Translations under genes and position numbers: made by a program
The notes under the pieces: generated by a model
Told to the model about the DNA's origin: nothing
What the model saw: only the letters and a program-made list of their open reading frames with translations
Databases searched by the model: none
Part shown: positions 16,335 to 25,797 of the stretch, piece after piece
Layout: every line of letters begins with the position of its first letter
How positions within the stretch are numbered: position 1 is the first letter of the stretch
Origin: Bdellovibrionales bacterium
GTDB taxonomy: Bacteria > Bdellovibrionota > Bdellovibrionia > Bdellovibrionales > UBA1609
Length of the DNA stretch: 64,000 nucleotides
Assembly: GCA_965200025.1 (NCBI GenBank)
Contig: OZ241325.1
Span: forward strand, 986,229-1,050,228
Reading direction: 5' to 3'

Positions 16335-17687
16335 CTAATCCCCAGGGAAGCGGTTTTGTGGGGTTTTAAGTCCCGGGGGAAAATGGCGACTCCCCCTTGC
16401 CTTAAGATCCTTTATCTGTTTTAACAGGCAGGCTTTATTTGTGATTTGGTGTTCCAGCTGATACTCATAAAGCTTCTGAAGGTTTGAAGCCATATCCTGT
16501 TTTTTTATTTTTTTGTATTTTTTTAAATCCTCACCCGTAACCAGAGGTTTTAAAAGGCCCTTTAGTTTTAAAGTCTCAAAAGTTTTACTTAAACGGCTTA
16601 AAGAATGAAGGGATTTTCCCTGGCTTTTCAGGTAAGTTTTTAAAAGGTGTAAAGCCTCCCCCCCACCGGGGGAGTTTAAAAGAGCCAGCTTTTTTCCCTT
16701 TGAGGTTTTTTCCCGGTCCAAAAAACAAAAAGAAGCAAACAGAACCTGACGCAAAAACTTAAGTGTTTTTAAGGGAAATCTTTTTTCCCTAAAACGCCTG
16801 TGCCACACAGAGTTTTTGTGATTCCTTAAAAAAGAATCCAGCTGGGGTTTTTTTATCCCCATACACAAGGGGTAAAGGGCATAAGCCCAGGTTTTTTCCG
16901 CTTCATCAAGCCAGCCATCAGGGGGGGGATATCTCCAAAAAACCTGACAGGTTTTTTTGTCTTCACAAAGCTGCCACAAAAAAGAAAACAAACCCAGTTT
17001 GTTAAAAAAATAAAAAGCCCGCTCAAACTTTCCCGTTCTTAAAGTTTTCAGACTTTCTTCATAAACTCTCTCCGGGGCCACTTGTGTGTTTAAGCTTTCC
17101 TTCATGTCAAACAGGGTTTTTTGTGTTTGTTTTTCTATCCGAAACCCTGTCACCACACTGAAGCGTATGGCACGAATAAGACGCAGTTTGTCCTCTTCAA
17201 ACTTTTGTAAAGGGGTACCCACTGTGCGTATCAGCTGGCTTGTTAAATCCCTCACCCCACCCACATAGTCCAAAACATCCCCGGTCTTTATATCATAAAA
17301 CAAAGCGTTGATGGTAAAATCCCTTCTTAAAGCATCTTCTTTTTCAGAACAAAAAGTTACAAACTCCGGCCTTCTGCCGTCCCTGTAAGGGCCGTCCTTT
17401 CTAAAAGTGGCTATTTCCACCGATGAGCTTTTTTCTTTCTTAAGGGGGGGAAGTCTTAAAGCTATCACTCCAAAGGACTTGCCCTGCTTTCTGCCTTCAG
17501 GGAACAAATTTAACAACTCTTCAGGACGTGCCGAAGTGGCGATGTCAAAATCCTTTGGCACCCGTTTTAACAGGCCATCCCTGATACAACCTCCGGCCAA
17601 ATAGGCTTTAAAACCTGCACGGTGCAGCTTCCTCAACACAGAACACACCGCAGGCCAGTAAGGATGTTTTTTAAAAAGTAAAACCAA
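16335..17687 (-). CDS. tRNA nucleotidyltransferase / poly(A) polymerase family protein
   Basis: The N-terminal block AYLAGGCIRDGLLKRVPKDFDIAT is typical of the CCA-adding/PcnB head domain. TTG start. Confidence 0.8.
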   Translation of the reverse strand: MVLLFKKHPYWPAVCSVLRKLHRAGFKAYLAGGCIRDGLLKRVPKDFDIATSARPEELLNLFPEGRKQGKSFGVIALRLPPLKKEKSSSVEIATFRKDGPYRDGRRPEFVTFCSEKEDALRRDFTINALFYDIKTGDVLDYVGGVRDLTSQLIRTVGTPLQKFEEDKLRLIRAIRFSVVTGFRIEKQTQKTLFDMKESLNTQVAPERVYEESLKTLRTGKFERAFYFFNKLGLFSFLWQLCEDKKTCQVFWRYPPPDGWLDEAEKTWAYALYPLCMGIKKPQLDSFLRNHKNSVWHRRFREKRFPLKTLKFLRQVLFASFCFLDREKTSKGKKLALLNSPGGGEALHLLKTYLKSQGKSLHSLSRLSKTFETLKLKGLLKPLVTGEDLKKYKKIKKQDMASNLQKLYEYQLEHQITNKACLLKQIKDLKARGSRHFPPGLKTPQNRFPGD

Positions 17688-17832
17688 AAAACCTTAACCC
17701 CCACCCTGTTGGAATTTCAACTCCCCTGACACGGAAAACAAAAACCATTTTATATGTTTTTTTTCAGCCTGGCAAAAAAGAAGTGAAAAAAGACTTGTCA
17801 ATTTGACGGTTTTTATAAATTATGGCAGATTA

Positions 17833-19197
17833 ATGAAACAACATTTTGATTTGATTATCAAAGGGGGTAAGGTCCTGGCCCCTCACCTGAAAAACCCCTG
17901 TGAGCTGGTGGAGGAGGAAACAGACATAGGGGTTTCAGAGGGAAAAATTACAGAACTGGGACAACTCAACCCCCAAAAGGCCGGGCAGGTTTTTGATGCA
18001 AAAAACCTCCACATACTCCCCGGCCTGATAGACAGTCAGGTCCACTTTCGGGAACCAGGTATGGAACACAAAGAAGACCTGAGTACGGGAAGCCAGTCGG
18101 CCCTTTTAGGGGGCATGAGTGCTTTTTTGGAGATGCCCAACACCTATCCCCCCACCACCTCTGAAACACTTTTAAAAGACAAACTGAAAAGAGCAAAAAA
18201 CAGAAGCTGGTGCGATTTTGCCTTTTTTGCAGGGGCTTCACCAGAGAATATCACCCACCTTCCCCACCTGGAGCACCACAAGCACTGCTGCGGAATAAAA
18301 GTCTTTATGGGCAGCTCCACAGGCTCTCTTCTCGTGCATAAAGAAGAGCAGCTGAATTATGTGTTTCACACCACCCGGGGGCCTTTGGCCTTTCACAGCG
18401 AAGACAACCAAAGGCTGCAGAAAAGAAAAAAGCTTCTTCCCCTCCGCTCGGTCAGAGAACACACAGAGTGGAGAGATTCTCTTTGTGCTTTGCTTTCCAC
18501 ACAAAAACTGGTGGGCCTGGCCCAAAAATTCCAAAGAAGGATACATATTTTGCACCTCAGTACAGCAGAGGAAATAGAGTTTTTATCCCCTTACAAAAAC
18601 CTCATCAGTGTGGAACTCACCCCCCAGCACTTAAGCCTTGCAAGCCCTGATTGTTACGAACAACTGGGAACTTTATCTCAAATGAATCCCCCTTTACGAA
18701 GTAAAAACCACTTAAAGGCCCTGTGGAGGGGACTGCACTCCGGGCTGGTGACCATGCTGGGTTCTGACCACGCCCCCCACCTTTTGAAGGAAAAACAACA
18801 AAAATACCCGGGTTCTCCGGCCGGTATGCCTGGCACTCAAACCATGCTCCCTCTTATGCTGGATCATGTGAATAAAAAACGCTTAAGCTTAAAGCACCTG
18901 TGCAGCCTGCTGTCCTCAGGCCCCTGTCGTTATTATCAAATCAAAGATCAGGGTTTTATCCGCAAAGGGTTTAAAGCCCATTTCACTGTGGTGGATTTAA
19001 AGAAAACAGAGCGTATTCGTAAGGCATGGCTTGCTTCCCGGTGCGGATGGTCCCCTTTTGAAAACAAACAGGTTCAGGGATGGCCTGTGGGGGTTATGCT
19101 CAAGGGAAAATGGGCCATGCGGGAGGGGCAGCTTACAGGCCCGCCCAAAGGGGAAGCCCTGTGCTTTAACAAATCTTTTTCACATAATTCTCTTTAA
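17833..19197 (+). CDS. pyrC: Dihydroorotase
   Basis: Amidohydrolase blocks DSQVHFREPG, LLGGMSAFLEMPNT and GSDHAPH. The ATG at 17833 is preferred over the TTG at 17803. Confidence 0.85.
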   Translation: MKQHFDLIIKGGKVLAPHLKNPCELVEEETDIGVSEGKITELGQLNPQKAGQVFDAKNLHILPGLIDSQVHFREPGMEHKEDLSTGSQSALLGGMSAFLEMPNTYPPTTSETLLKDKLKRAKNRSWCDFAFFAGASPENITHLPHLEHHKHCCGIKVFMGSSTGSLLVHKEEQLNYVFHTTRGPLAFHSEDNQRLQKRKKLLPLRSVREHTEWRDSLCALLSTQKLVGLAQKFQRRIHILHLSTAEEIEFLSPYKNLISVELTPQHLSLASPDCYEQLGTLSQMNPPLRSKNHLKALWRGLHSGLVTMLGSDHAPHLLKEKQQKYPGSPAGMPGTQTMLPLMLDHVNKKRLSLKHLCSLLSSGPCRYYQIKDQGFIRKGFKAHFTVVDLKKTERIRKAWLASRCGWSPFENKQVQGWPVGVMLKGKWAMREGQLTGPPKGEALCFNKSFSHNSL

Positions 19198-19283
19198 GAT
19201 TTTTGATTTTATGCCGAATATGTAAATAAAACCTCACAATAAGAAACTTTTAACTTAAAAGAGAGCAAAGCATCACGAGGCCC

Positions 19284-19706
19284 ATGGAAAAAGACAGTTC
19301 AAAAAAGAGCAAATTGATTTTTGTCAGCGACAGCCTGGCAGACATACAACAGGTGCAAAAGATTGCTGACCGTTGTGGCTACCCTGTGGAGCATTACTCC
19401 ACCAGAGAGTGGAACAAGAGGGGCAGGGGCCGGCCAGCCAGGTCTTTCACTTTCCCCCCTTCTGTGATCCCCATTTCCCAGGCTCACAGTCACGCCAGCC
19501 CCCACATGAGTTTAAGACAGCTTCAGGGGAAAGCCATAAAACAGGCCTTAACACTCTCCAGAGGAAATGTCTCAAAAGCCTGTGGGTTGCTCAAAGTGGG
19601 AAGAGCCACTTTTTACAGAAAAGTCCAGAGCTTAAGATTAAAACCCAACTCTTTTCGCGAAGCCCCTTTAAAAATAAAACCCCGGCGGGTGAAAAAAGCC
19701 GCCTAA
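19284..19706 (+). CDS. Fis-type helix-turn-helix DNA-binding protein
   Basis: The C-terminus AIKQALTLSRGNVSKACGLLKVGRATFYRKV matches the Fis/NtrC-type HTH pattern. The N-terminal part is uncharacterised. Confidence 0.6.
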   Translation: MEKDSSKKSKLIFVSDSLADIQQVQKIADRCGYPVEHYSTREWNKRGRGRPARSFTFPPSVIPISQAHSHASPHMSLRQLQGKAIKQALTLSRGNVSKACGLLKVGRATFYRKVQSLRLKPNSFREAPLKIKPRRVKKAA

Positions 19707-19759
19707 GCCCTCTTTGCTTGACTGCCCCACCCGGGCAGGGATAAAGCTGTTTTCACCGG

Positions 19760-22384
19760 ATGAAACAAAAAACACTTTATCTTTTGGACACAAGCTCTTT
19801 ATTTTTCAGAGCTTATTATGCCGTATCCCACCACCTTCAAAGCCCCGGAGGGATGCCCACCAATGCTTTGTATGGCTTTTTATCCATGATCACCAAATTT
19901 TTAAAAGATCACCAGCCTGAGTACATGGTTTGCTGTATGGACTCTGAAACCCCCTCTTTTCGCACCAAAATCTACCCTTTATATAAAGCCCACCGGGGGG
20001 AGACCCCTGAAGATTTAAAAACACAAATTCCTTACATACAAAAACTCATACAGGCCATGGGGGTACCCATGCTCAAAAAACCAGGTTATGAAGCCGATGA
20101 CATTATTGGCACCTTAAGCTCTTTGGGTCTGAAACATCAGCTTAAAATTCTGATTGTCAGTGGGGACAAAGACTTTGCCCAGCTGATAGGCCCTGCTGTG
20201 TCTCTTTACGACCCCATGAGGAATATCACTTACGATTCCAAAAAAGCTTTTGAAAAATGGGGGGTTTTACCAGAACAAATGACAGACTATCTGTCCCTTG
20301 TGGGGGACAGCACAGACAACATTCCCGGTGTCAGGGGCATAGGCCCTAAAAGTGCCCAAAAACTTTTAAAGGAATACAAAAACCTCCCCGCCATTTACGA
20401 TCATATCAAACAGATCCCTGAAAAACTTGCCAAAAAACTAAGCCAGTCCCAGACAGAAGCTTTTTTGTCGCAAAAACTGGTGCGTATTGTTACTGATATG
20501 AGCCTTCCGGAACTTACGCACCGGCAGGCTACCAAAAAATCTGCCCCCCCCACAAAAGAGCAAATGACTCACTTTATACAATACAAAAAGTCCAAAAACA
20601 CAGAGCTTAAAAACCTGTTGGAGGAGTTGGGCTTTAAAAGCTTTGCTGTCAAACTTTGTGGGGAAAATGCCACCTCTTCCCCTGCCAAACCCTCCACGGA
20701 TAAAAAAGAAACCTTAAGCCCCTCCAGCCAAGGTGTATTAAAAAAACTCCCGGGCAATTTAAGGGTGCATTTTATGAGTTTTCCGGAGTTAAAAAAATTT
20801 ATCTGCACTTACCGCCCCGTCTGGTTGTTTCAGGACAGCAACAATGAGTGGTTTTTGGCTCACCAAAACCGCACCATCAGTTTAAAGGGACATAATCTGT
20901 CACAAACAGGAAAATGGCTGTCTTATAAAAGGGTCAAGTGGTGTGGTTATGATTTAAAAAACATTTTTACTCAGTTTTCCTGCACACATCCTGTCCCCGG
21001 GTGGTGTGCTTTGGTGGCAGCCTACACTTTACAATCCCGCCCCATAAGCTCTTTTGAGTATTTGTGCAAAGGCTATGGTTTTTCTGTTTCCCCCAAAACT
21101 TCACCGGGAGAGCTTTATCAAATCCACCAAAAATTAAAAAAGAAACTCACAGAAGACTTACAAACCCAAAATTTGTGGGATATGTACGGGAACACTGAGC
21201 TTCCCCTTACTGCTGTACTTTTTGAAATGGAGCAAAAAGGTATTCAGCTCAATTCCCAAAAACTGAAGCAACACTCTCAGCTTATCAACCGGCAGCTTTC
21301 TGAAATGGAAAAAGAGATTTTTTCTTATACAGAGGGGCCTTTTAACCTTGCAAGCCCCAAACAAATGTCTTCTGTTTTGTTTCACAAACTGGGCTTAAAG
21401 CACGGACGCAAAACCAAAACCGGTTATTCCACAGACATGGATGTTCTGTTAAAACTGAAAAACCAACACCCTGCTATTCCCCTGATTTTAAAATACAGAG
21501 AGCTTTTTAAACTGAAAAACACTTATGTGGATGTCTTACCCACTCTGGTCAATAAAACAACAGGCAGGCTTCACACGCATTTCCGGCAGACTTTGACCTC
21601 CACAGGAAGGCTTTCCAGTGTAAAACCCAACCTGCAAAACATACCCATCAAAACCTCTCAGGGGCAAAAAGTTCGCACAGCTTTTGAAGCAAAAAAAAAC
21701 CACAGTCTTATTTCTGCGGACTACTCACAAATTGAGTTGCGTATGCTGGCTCATCTGTCAGGAGACAAAAATCTCATAAAAGCCTTCCATGCGGGAAAAG
21801 ACATTCACCTTATCACCGCCAGTGAAATTTACGACCTTCCCCTTAAAAAAGTCAGCCCGGCCTTAAGGCACCGGGCCAAGACCATTAATTTTGGCCTCAT
21901 GTATGGACAGGGGCCTTATACACTTTCCTCAGAGTTGGGAATAAGCACCGGAGAGGCACAAACCATCATAGACAATTATTTTAAAAAATTTGAAGGGGTA
22001 AAAAAATACAGAGAGCAGCTTCTCAGGCAGGCGGAAAAACAAGGCTATGTACAAACCCTTTCCGGAAGAAAAAGACAAATCCCTGAGCTGAAAGCGGCAA
22101 AATTTCACAATCAACAGGCCGCACGCCGCATAGCTATTAACACTCCTGTACAGGGTTCCGCCTCTGAAATAGTGAAAGAGGTTATGGTGGAGTTACGAAA
22201 AAGTGTGTTCTCCCGCCTTCTGCTGCAAATCCACGACGAGCTTCTTTTTGAATGTGAAGATCACCTGGTAAAAGAGGAATGCCTGCACATTCAACACATT
22301 ATGGAAAAACACCAGACCTTAAAAGTGCCATTGAAAGTTCATATTGCCTGTGGAAAAAACTGGCTTCAGGCCCATCCCCTTTAA
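19760..22384 (+). CDS. polA: DNA polymerase I
   Basis: 874 aa with an N-terminal 5'-nuclease block (LYLLDTSSLFFRAYYA, GDKDFAQL) and C-terminal family-A motifs DYSQIELR, INFGLMYG and QIHDELLFE. Confidence 0.95.
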   Translation: MKQKTLYLLDTSSLFFRAYYAVSHHLQSPGGMPTNALYGFLSMITKFLKDHQPEYMVCCMDSETPSFRTKIYPLYKAHRGETPEDLKTQIPYIQKLIQAMGVPMLKKPGYEADDIIGTLSSLGLKHQLKILIVSGDKDFAQLIGPAVSLYDPMRNITYDSKKAFEKWGVLPEQMTDYLSLVGDSTDNIPGVRGIGPKSAQKLLKEYKNLPAIYDHIKQIPEKLAKKLSQSQTEAFLSQKLVRIVTDMSLPELTHRQATKKSAPPTKEQMTHFIQYKKSKNTELKNLLEELGFKSFAVKLCGENATSSPAKPSTDKKETLSPSSQGVLKKLPGNLRVHFMSFPELKKFICTYRPVWLFQDSNNEWFLAHQNRTISLKGHNLSQTGKWLSYKRVKWCGYDLKNIFTQFSCTHPVPGWCALVAAYTLQSRPISSFEYLCKGYGFSVSPKTSPGELYQIHQKLKKKLTEDLQTQNLWDMYGNTELPLTAVLFEMEQKGIQLNSQKLKQHSQLINRQLSEMEKEIFSYTEGPFNLASPKQMSSVLFHKLGLKHGRKTKTGYSTDMDVLLKLKNQHPAIPLILKYRELFKLKNTYVDVLPTLVNKTTGRLHTHFRQTLTSTGRLSSVKPNLQNIPIKTSQGQKVRTAFEAKKNHSLISADYSQIELRMLAHLSGDKNLIKAFHAGKDIHLITASEIYDLPLKKVSPALRHRAKTINFGLMYGQGPYTLSSELGISTGEAQTIIDNYFKKFEGVKKYREQLLRQAEKQGYVQTLSGRKRQIPELKAAKFHNQQAARRIAINTPVQGSASEIVKEVMVELRKSVFSRLLLQIHDELLFECEDHLVKEECLHIQHIMEKHQTLKVPLKVHIACGKNWLQAHPL

Positions 22385-22479
22385 ACCTGCCTAAACTCAC
22401 ACTCTTTTAATTGCAGACCCAAAATCCAATTTTTATTTTTTTAAAAAACCCCTCGAAAAAAATGGAGGATTATCCTTTT

Positions 22480-22885
22480 CTACATAAACCGAATTATGGT
22501 ATCGGGCAAGGCTTTTCTTATGCGGTCTTTTTCAATTTTTGACAAATCATTATCTATATAAAGACTCTTAAGAGAAGAAAGTCCTGAAAATATCCCAACA
22601 GGCACAGCACTTAACCAGTTATGACCCAATTCAAGTATCTCCAGAGAAACAAGATCCGAAAAATCCCCCACCTTCAGCGATTTAATCCTTATTTTCTAAA
22701 TGTAAAAAGTCTATCTGATCCAAAAGCTTATCTGCCAAGGTGCAGTTTATGTTGGAATCCACAACATCCTTAAGCTTCTTTACAATCGCATCTTTGACTT
22801 GCGGGGTACGATCACAAACCGGCAGCACTGTCTCACCATAAACAAACAAATTAAAAGAAAAAACAGCAAATATAAAAAACTTCAT
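22480..22885 (-). pseudogene. Frameshifted LRR paralogue
   Basis: The N-terminal ORF (22682-22885, MKFFIFAVFSFNLFVYG...) and C-terminal ORF (22480-22671) are in different frames. They join at aaggattaaatcg, where intact paralogues read ..GIKSLKVGDF. This is consistent with a 2-nt loss. Confidence 0.7.
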
Positions 22886-22912
22886 TGTAAGCCTCCTGGT
22901 CTTGGGAAGTGT

Positions 22913-23026
22913 TTAAGAGTTGTTTTTCATTAAATGGTCCATCAAGCGATCAAGCTTGGTCTCTATCCTGTCCATTCTGCCATTCATACTATTCTTATCT
23001 TCTTTTATATGGACTTGAGGCCCCAC
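22913..23026 (-). CDS. Very small ORF related to the C-terminal half of the 79-aa protein at 32540-32779 (doubtful)
   Basis: 37 codons from GTG. ..SMNGRMDRIETKLDRLMDHLMKNNS compares with KMNGMSKDIS..NRRIENLTHRFDRLYEILIK. Both lie just upstream of an LRR gene. Confidence 0.3.
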   Translation of the reverse strand: MGPQVHIKEDKNSMNGRMDRIETKLDRLMDHLMKNNS

Positions 23027-23035
23027 CTGAATTTT

Positions 23036-23665
23036 TTAACCCCAATTTATCCTAGCACCCGAAGGCAGTCCTTTTAGTATGAGCTTTAATTCATCTTCTG
23101 TCAAAGAATTACCCCCTAGACCAAGCACCTGAAGAGAAGGAAGTCCAGAAAATACCTCGACACCAGGATTTAACCTGTTGTTATCAGACAAACCAAGCCA
23201 CCGAAGAGAAGTAAGTCCTGCAAATATCCCAACAGGCAAATCACTTAAATTGTTACCACCCAAGCCAAGCTCCTTAAGAGAAGCAAGGCCTGAAAATACC
23301 CCAACAGACAAAGCACCTAAATTGTTACCCCACAAATAAAGCTCCTCAAGAGAAGTAAGTCCTGCAAATACCCCAACAGGCAAACCACTTATTTTGTTAC
23401 CATTCAAGCTAAGCTCCTTAAGAGAAATCAACCCTGAAAAGTCCCCCACCCACAGCGTTTCAATACCCTTACCTCTTATATATAAAAATTGTATCTGATC
23501 CAAAAAGTGATCTGCCAAATTGCAGTTTATATTGGAATCAACATTTTCTTTTAGCTTTTCCACAATCGCATCCCTTACCTGCGGGGTACGCTTACAAACT
23601 GGAATCACTGTCTGCCCATAAGCAAACAGATTAAAAGAAAAAACAGCAAATATAAAAAACTTCAT
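23036..23665 (-). CDS. Leucine-rich repeat protein (4 repeats)
   Basis: The start is set at the ATG at 23665 (MKFFIFAVFSFNLFAYG, AGGAGG RBS), not at the ORF-track start 23836. It has the same N-terminal domain and 24-residue repeats. Confidence 0.8.
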   Translation of the reverse strand: MKFFIFAVFSFNLFAYGQTVIPVCKRTPQVRDAIVEKLKENVDSNINCNLADHFLDQIQFLYIRGKGIETLWVGDFSGLISLKELSLNGNKISGLPVGVFAGLTSLEELYLWGNNLGALSVGVFSGLASLKELGLGGNNLSDLPVGIFAGLTSLRWLGLSDNNRLNPGVEVFSGLPSLQVLGLGGNSLTEDELKLILKGLPSGARINWG

Positions 23666-23935
23666 TTTAAGCCTCCTTTTTTTATTTCTAAATATCAAAT
23701 AAAGGTTTTTATCCTTAACAGCCCCCTCCCTTAAAAAGTAACCGGGCTGCAAATCTTGTTTTAGAGCTTTAAAAACATCTGTAATGAAGGTTTTGAAGCT
23801 CAAAACTGACTTTACCTCCCCCCCATTTTTTTTCAAGCTTTTTCTTCAGAAAAACAAAAACTGGACCTTTGACCCTGAAAAGCTCCGTAAATCCTTCCCT
23901 TCACGACATCTTTTTTAAAAACTTCTCAGAGAGAG

Positions 23936-25762
23936 TTAGCTTTCACAAGTGGAGGGAAGCTCCTGTTTTTTTAAATACTGTTCCCAAAACTCCACAACCC
24001 CAGGGGGGGAACCTTGAATCTCTCTTCCCAGTACCGCCTCTGTGTGTGCCAGGTTGGAAATGGTGTTGCGAATGGCTCTTCCTTTCCTTTTTTCCCCACG
24101 GGCCATGGCAGAAAGTTTGGTGGCAAAGGAATACACCCTCAGCTGCTCCCAGGTGGGAGGGTTGGGATTATTGATTAAGGCTCTTTTTACTGCATTTTGA
24201 GCTCTTATCACATAGAGCTGACCTCCGTTATAAGCAGACACTGCTTTTCGCCACTGATCCCGCTTTGTTTTTCCCATACCTGTCCAGCCGCCTGTACAAT
24301 TCTGTGGTCTGGTCTCTGGCAGACTTCCGTTGGTGAGCTTGTAAGCATCCCGTAAAATCCGCACCCCATAAAGAGTGTTGTTTGTGATATTCATCAAACA
24401 TTCCCGGTTGGCAGAGGATTTTTTTTGATGTCCTTTACAGCTATGAACATCTGCATTCACCTGAAAAAGCCCAAGACTGGTTTCATGAGAGCTGTCATTA
24501 ACACTTCCGCACCGGCCAGAGCTTTCTATACTCATCATGGCCAGCATCACCTCAGGAGGTACACCTCTTTGACAGGAAATACAGTACAGATCAGAAACAA
24601 AATCTTTAAACTTCCCTTTACAGCTTCTTTCAAAATTTCTAATAAGTCCTTTCAGACTCTCATGTGGAGTACAGATTTTTTTTAAATACTTCAGTTTTTT
24701 TGAATGAGTGGTATGAACAGTGGTCAGAAAATTCTCTATATCCTTCGTATGGCTTCTTAAATCCCCGGAACAATGAAGACATGTGGCCTGAGAGGTGGCA
24801 GCCGGGGAGTGGGGTTTGTTAATGGTCACACAGCCCGGGGCCAGCTCTTTGGTTTGAGCAGCCCTGGTACGAACAGCAAAAGTGGGACGGCGGACAGAAA
24901 GATTAAACGAATCCTCTGCACCATCCTGTTCATCTGTGTTCTGCGTATTGGCTTCCCCTGCACTGGCTTCCTTTTCACCACTGACTTCCCCGGTACCGGC
25001 TTCCTGAGGTTTTGTTTCCTCTGAAGGGGTGGGGGTTGCTGTTGTTGTCTCCTGTCCCTGTGCATTTTCCTGATCCTCATTCTCAGGAGAAAGGGCAGAA
25101 TCTTTTCTCTCCTCTTTCGCCGGGGAGGTGGAATCTAACTTTTTGTTCTCATCCTCAGGGGGGGGCTCTTCTTTCCTCTCTTCTTCAGAGGAGGCTGCCG
25201 CTTCCAAGATCTCTCTTAAGTCCTCAAACACCGGTTGCTCAGAGTCCCCGGCAGAAAGTTTTAAATCTTTTTCCGGCACATAAACCAGTTTGCCTGTACG
25301 AATGCGTGTGTTTTCACCACTTCCCCTGACCTCCACCAGGTCGTCATAGCTGTCTTTTTTGTAAAGCCTTCTGGAACTTTGAGCATGAAACCCGGGCATA
25401 AGTTTATAGCCCTGGTTTTGAAAGTACATCTCAGAAAGCCCCTGTGCCTCCACCATTTGGTGCAAAACAGGCAGGTAAAGTTCCTGGTTGAGCCTTCCAT
25501 TTACACTCACATGCGTTAAAGGCTGTGCATAAGAAAGCCATTCCTGAAAACACGAAGCCCCACCACCGGCAGCACACAAAGGGTTAAGCATAGCCCCCGC
25601 TCTCAAGGGAATCAAATTGGGGTTGGACAAATTGGGACGGATAAAAAGACCTTGTGCTTTTACTTCACAGACGAAAACAAAAAAAAAACAGGCTTTAAGC
25701 ACCAGGCCCAACGAAACAAAAAAGACCTTAAGCTCACTGGCAAACACCTCTGGACTTTCCAA
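23936..25762 (-). CDS. Lytic transglycosylase (SLT domain) with an acidic low-complexity linker
   Basis: C-terminal blocks MMSIESSG, GLFQVN and AVSAYNGG are the SLT catalytic-domain pattern. There is a central Glu/Lys/Pro/Thr-rich region. Confidence 0.8.
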   Translation of the reverse strand: MESPEVFASELKVFFVSLGLVLKACFFFVFVCEVKAQGLFIRPNLSNPNLIPLRAGAMLNPLCAAGGGASCFQEWLSYAQPLTHVSVNGRLNQELYLPVLHQMVEAQGLSEMYFQNQGYKLMPGFHAQSSRRLYKKDSYDDLVEVRGSGENTRIRTGKLVYVPEKDLKLSAGDSEQPVFEDLREILEAAASSEEERKEEPPPEDENKKLDSTSPAKEERKDSALSPENEDQENAQGQETTTATPTPSEETKPQEAGTGEVSGEKEASAGEANTQNTDEQDGAEDSFNLSVRRPTFAVRTRAAQTKELAPGCVTINKPHSPAATSQATCLHCSGDLRSHTKDIENFLTTVHTTHSKKLKYLKKICTPHESLKGLIRNFERSCKGKFKDFVSDLYCISCQRGVPPEVMLAMMSIESSGRCGSVNDSSHETSLGLFQVNADVHSCKGHQKKSSANRECLMNITNNTLYGVRILRDAYKLTNGSLPETRPQNCTGGWTGMGKTKRDQWRKAVSAYNGGQLYVIRAQNAVKRALINNPNPPTWEQLRVYSFATKLSAMARGEKRKGRAIRNTISNLAHTEAVLGREIQGSPPGVVEFWEQYLKKQELPSTCES

Positions 25763-25797
25763 TACCTTTATTTTTTATATAATCCCGGGATAAGGTT

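Noticed and set aside
23666-23836. 57-codon N-terminal extension of the LRR gene 23036-23836
   Set aside because: All paralogues begin at MK(F/L)FIFA with a strong RBS. The extension starts at a TTG within the A8-TG-G7 motif and would bury the signal peptide.
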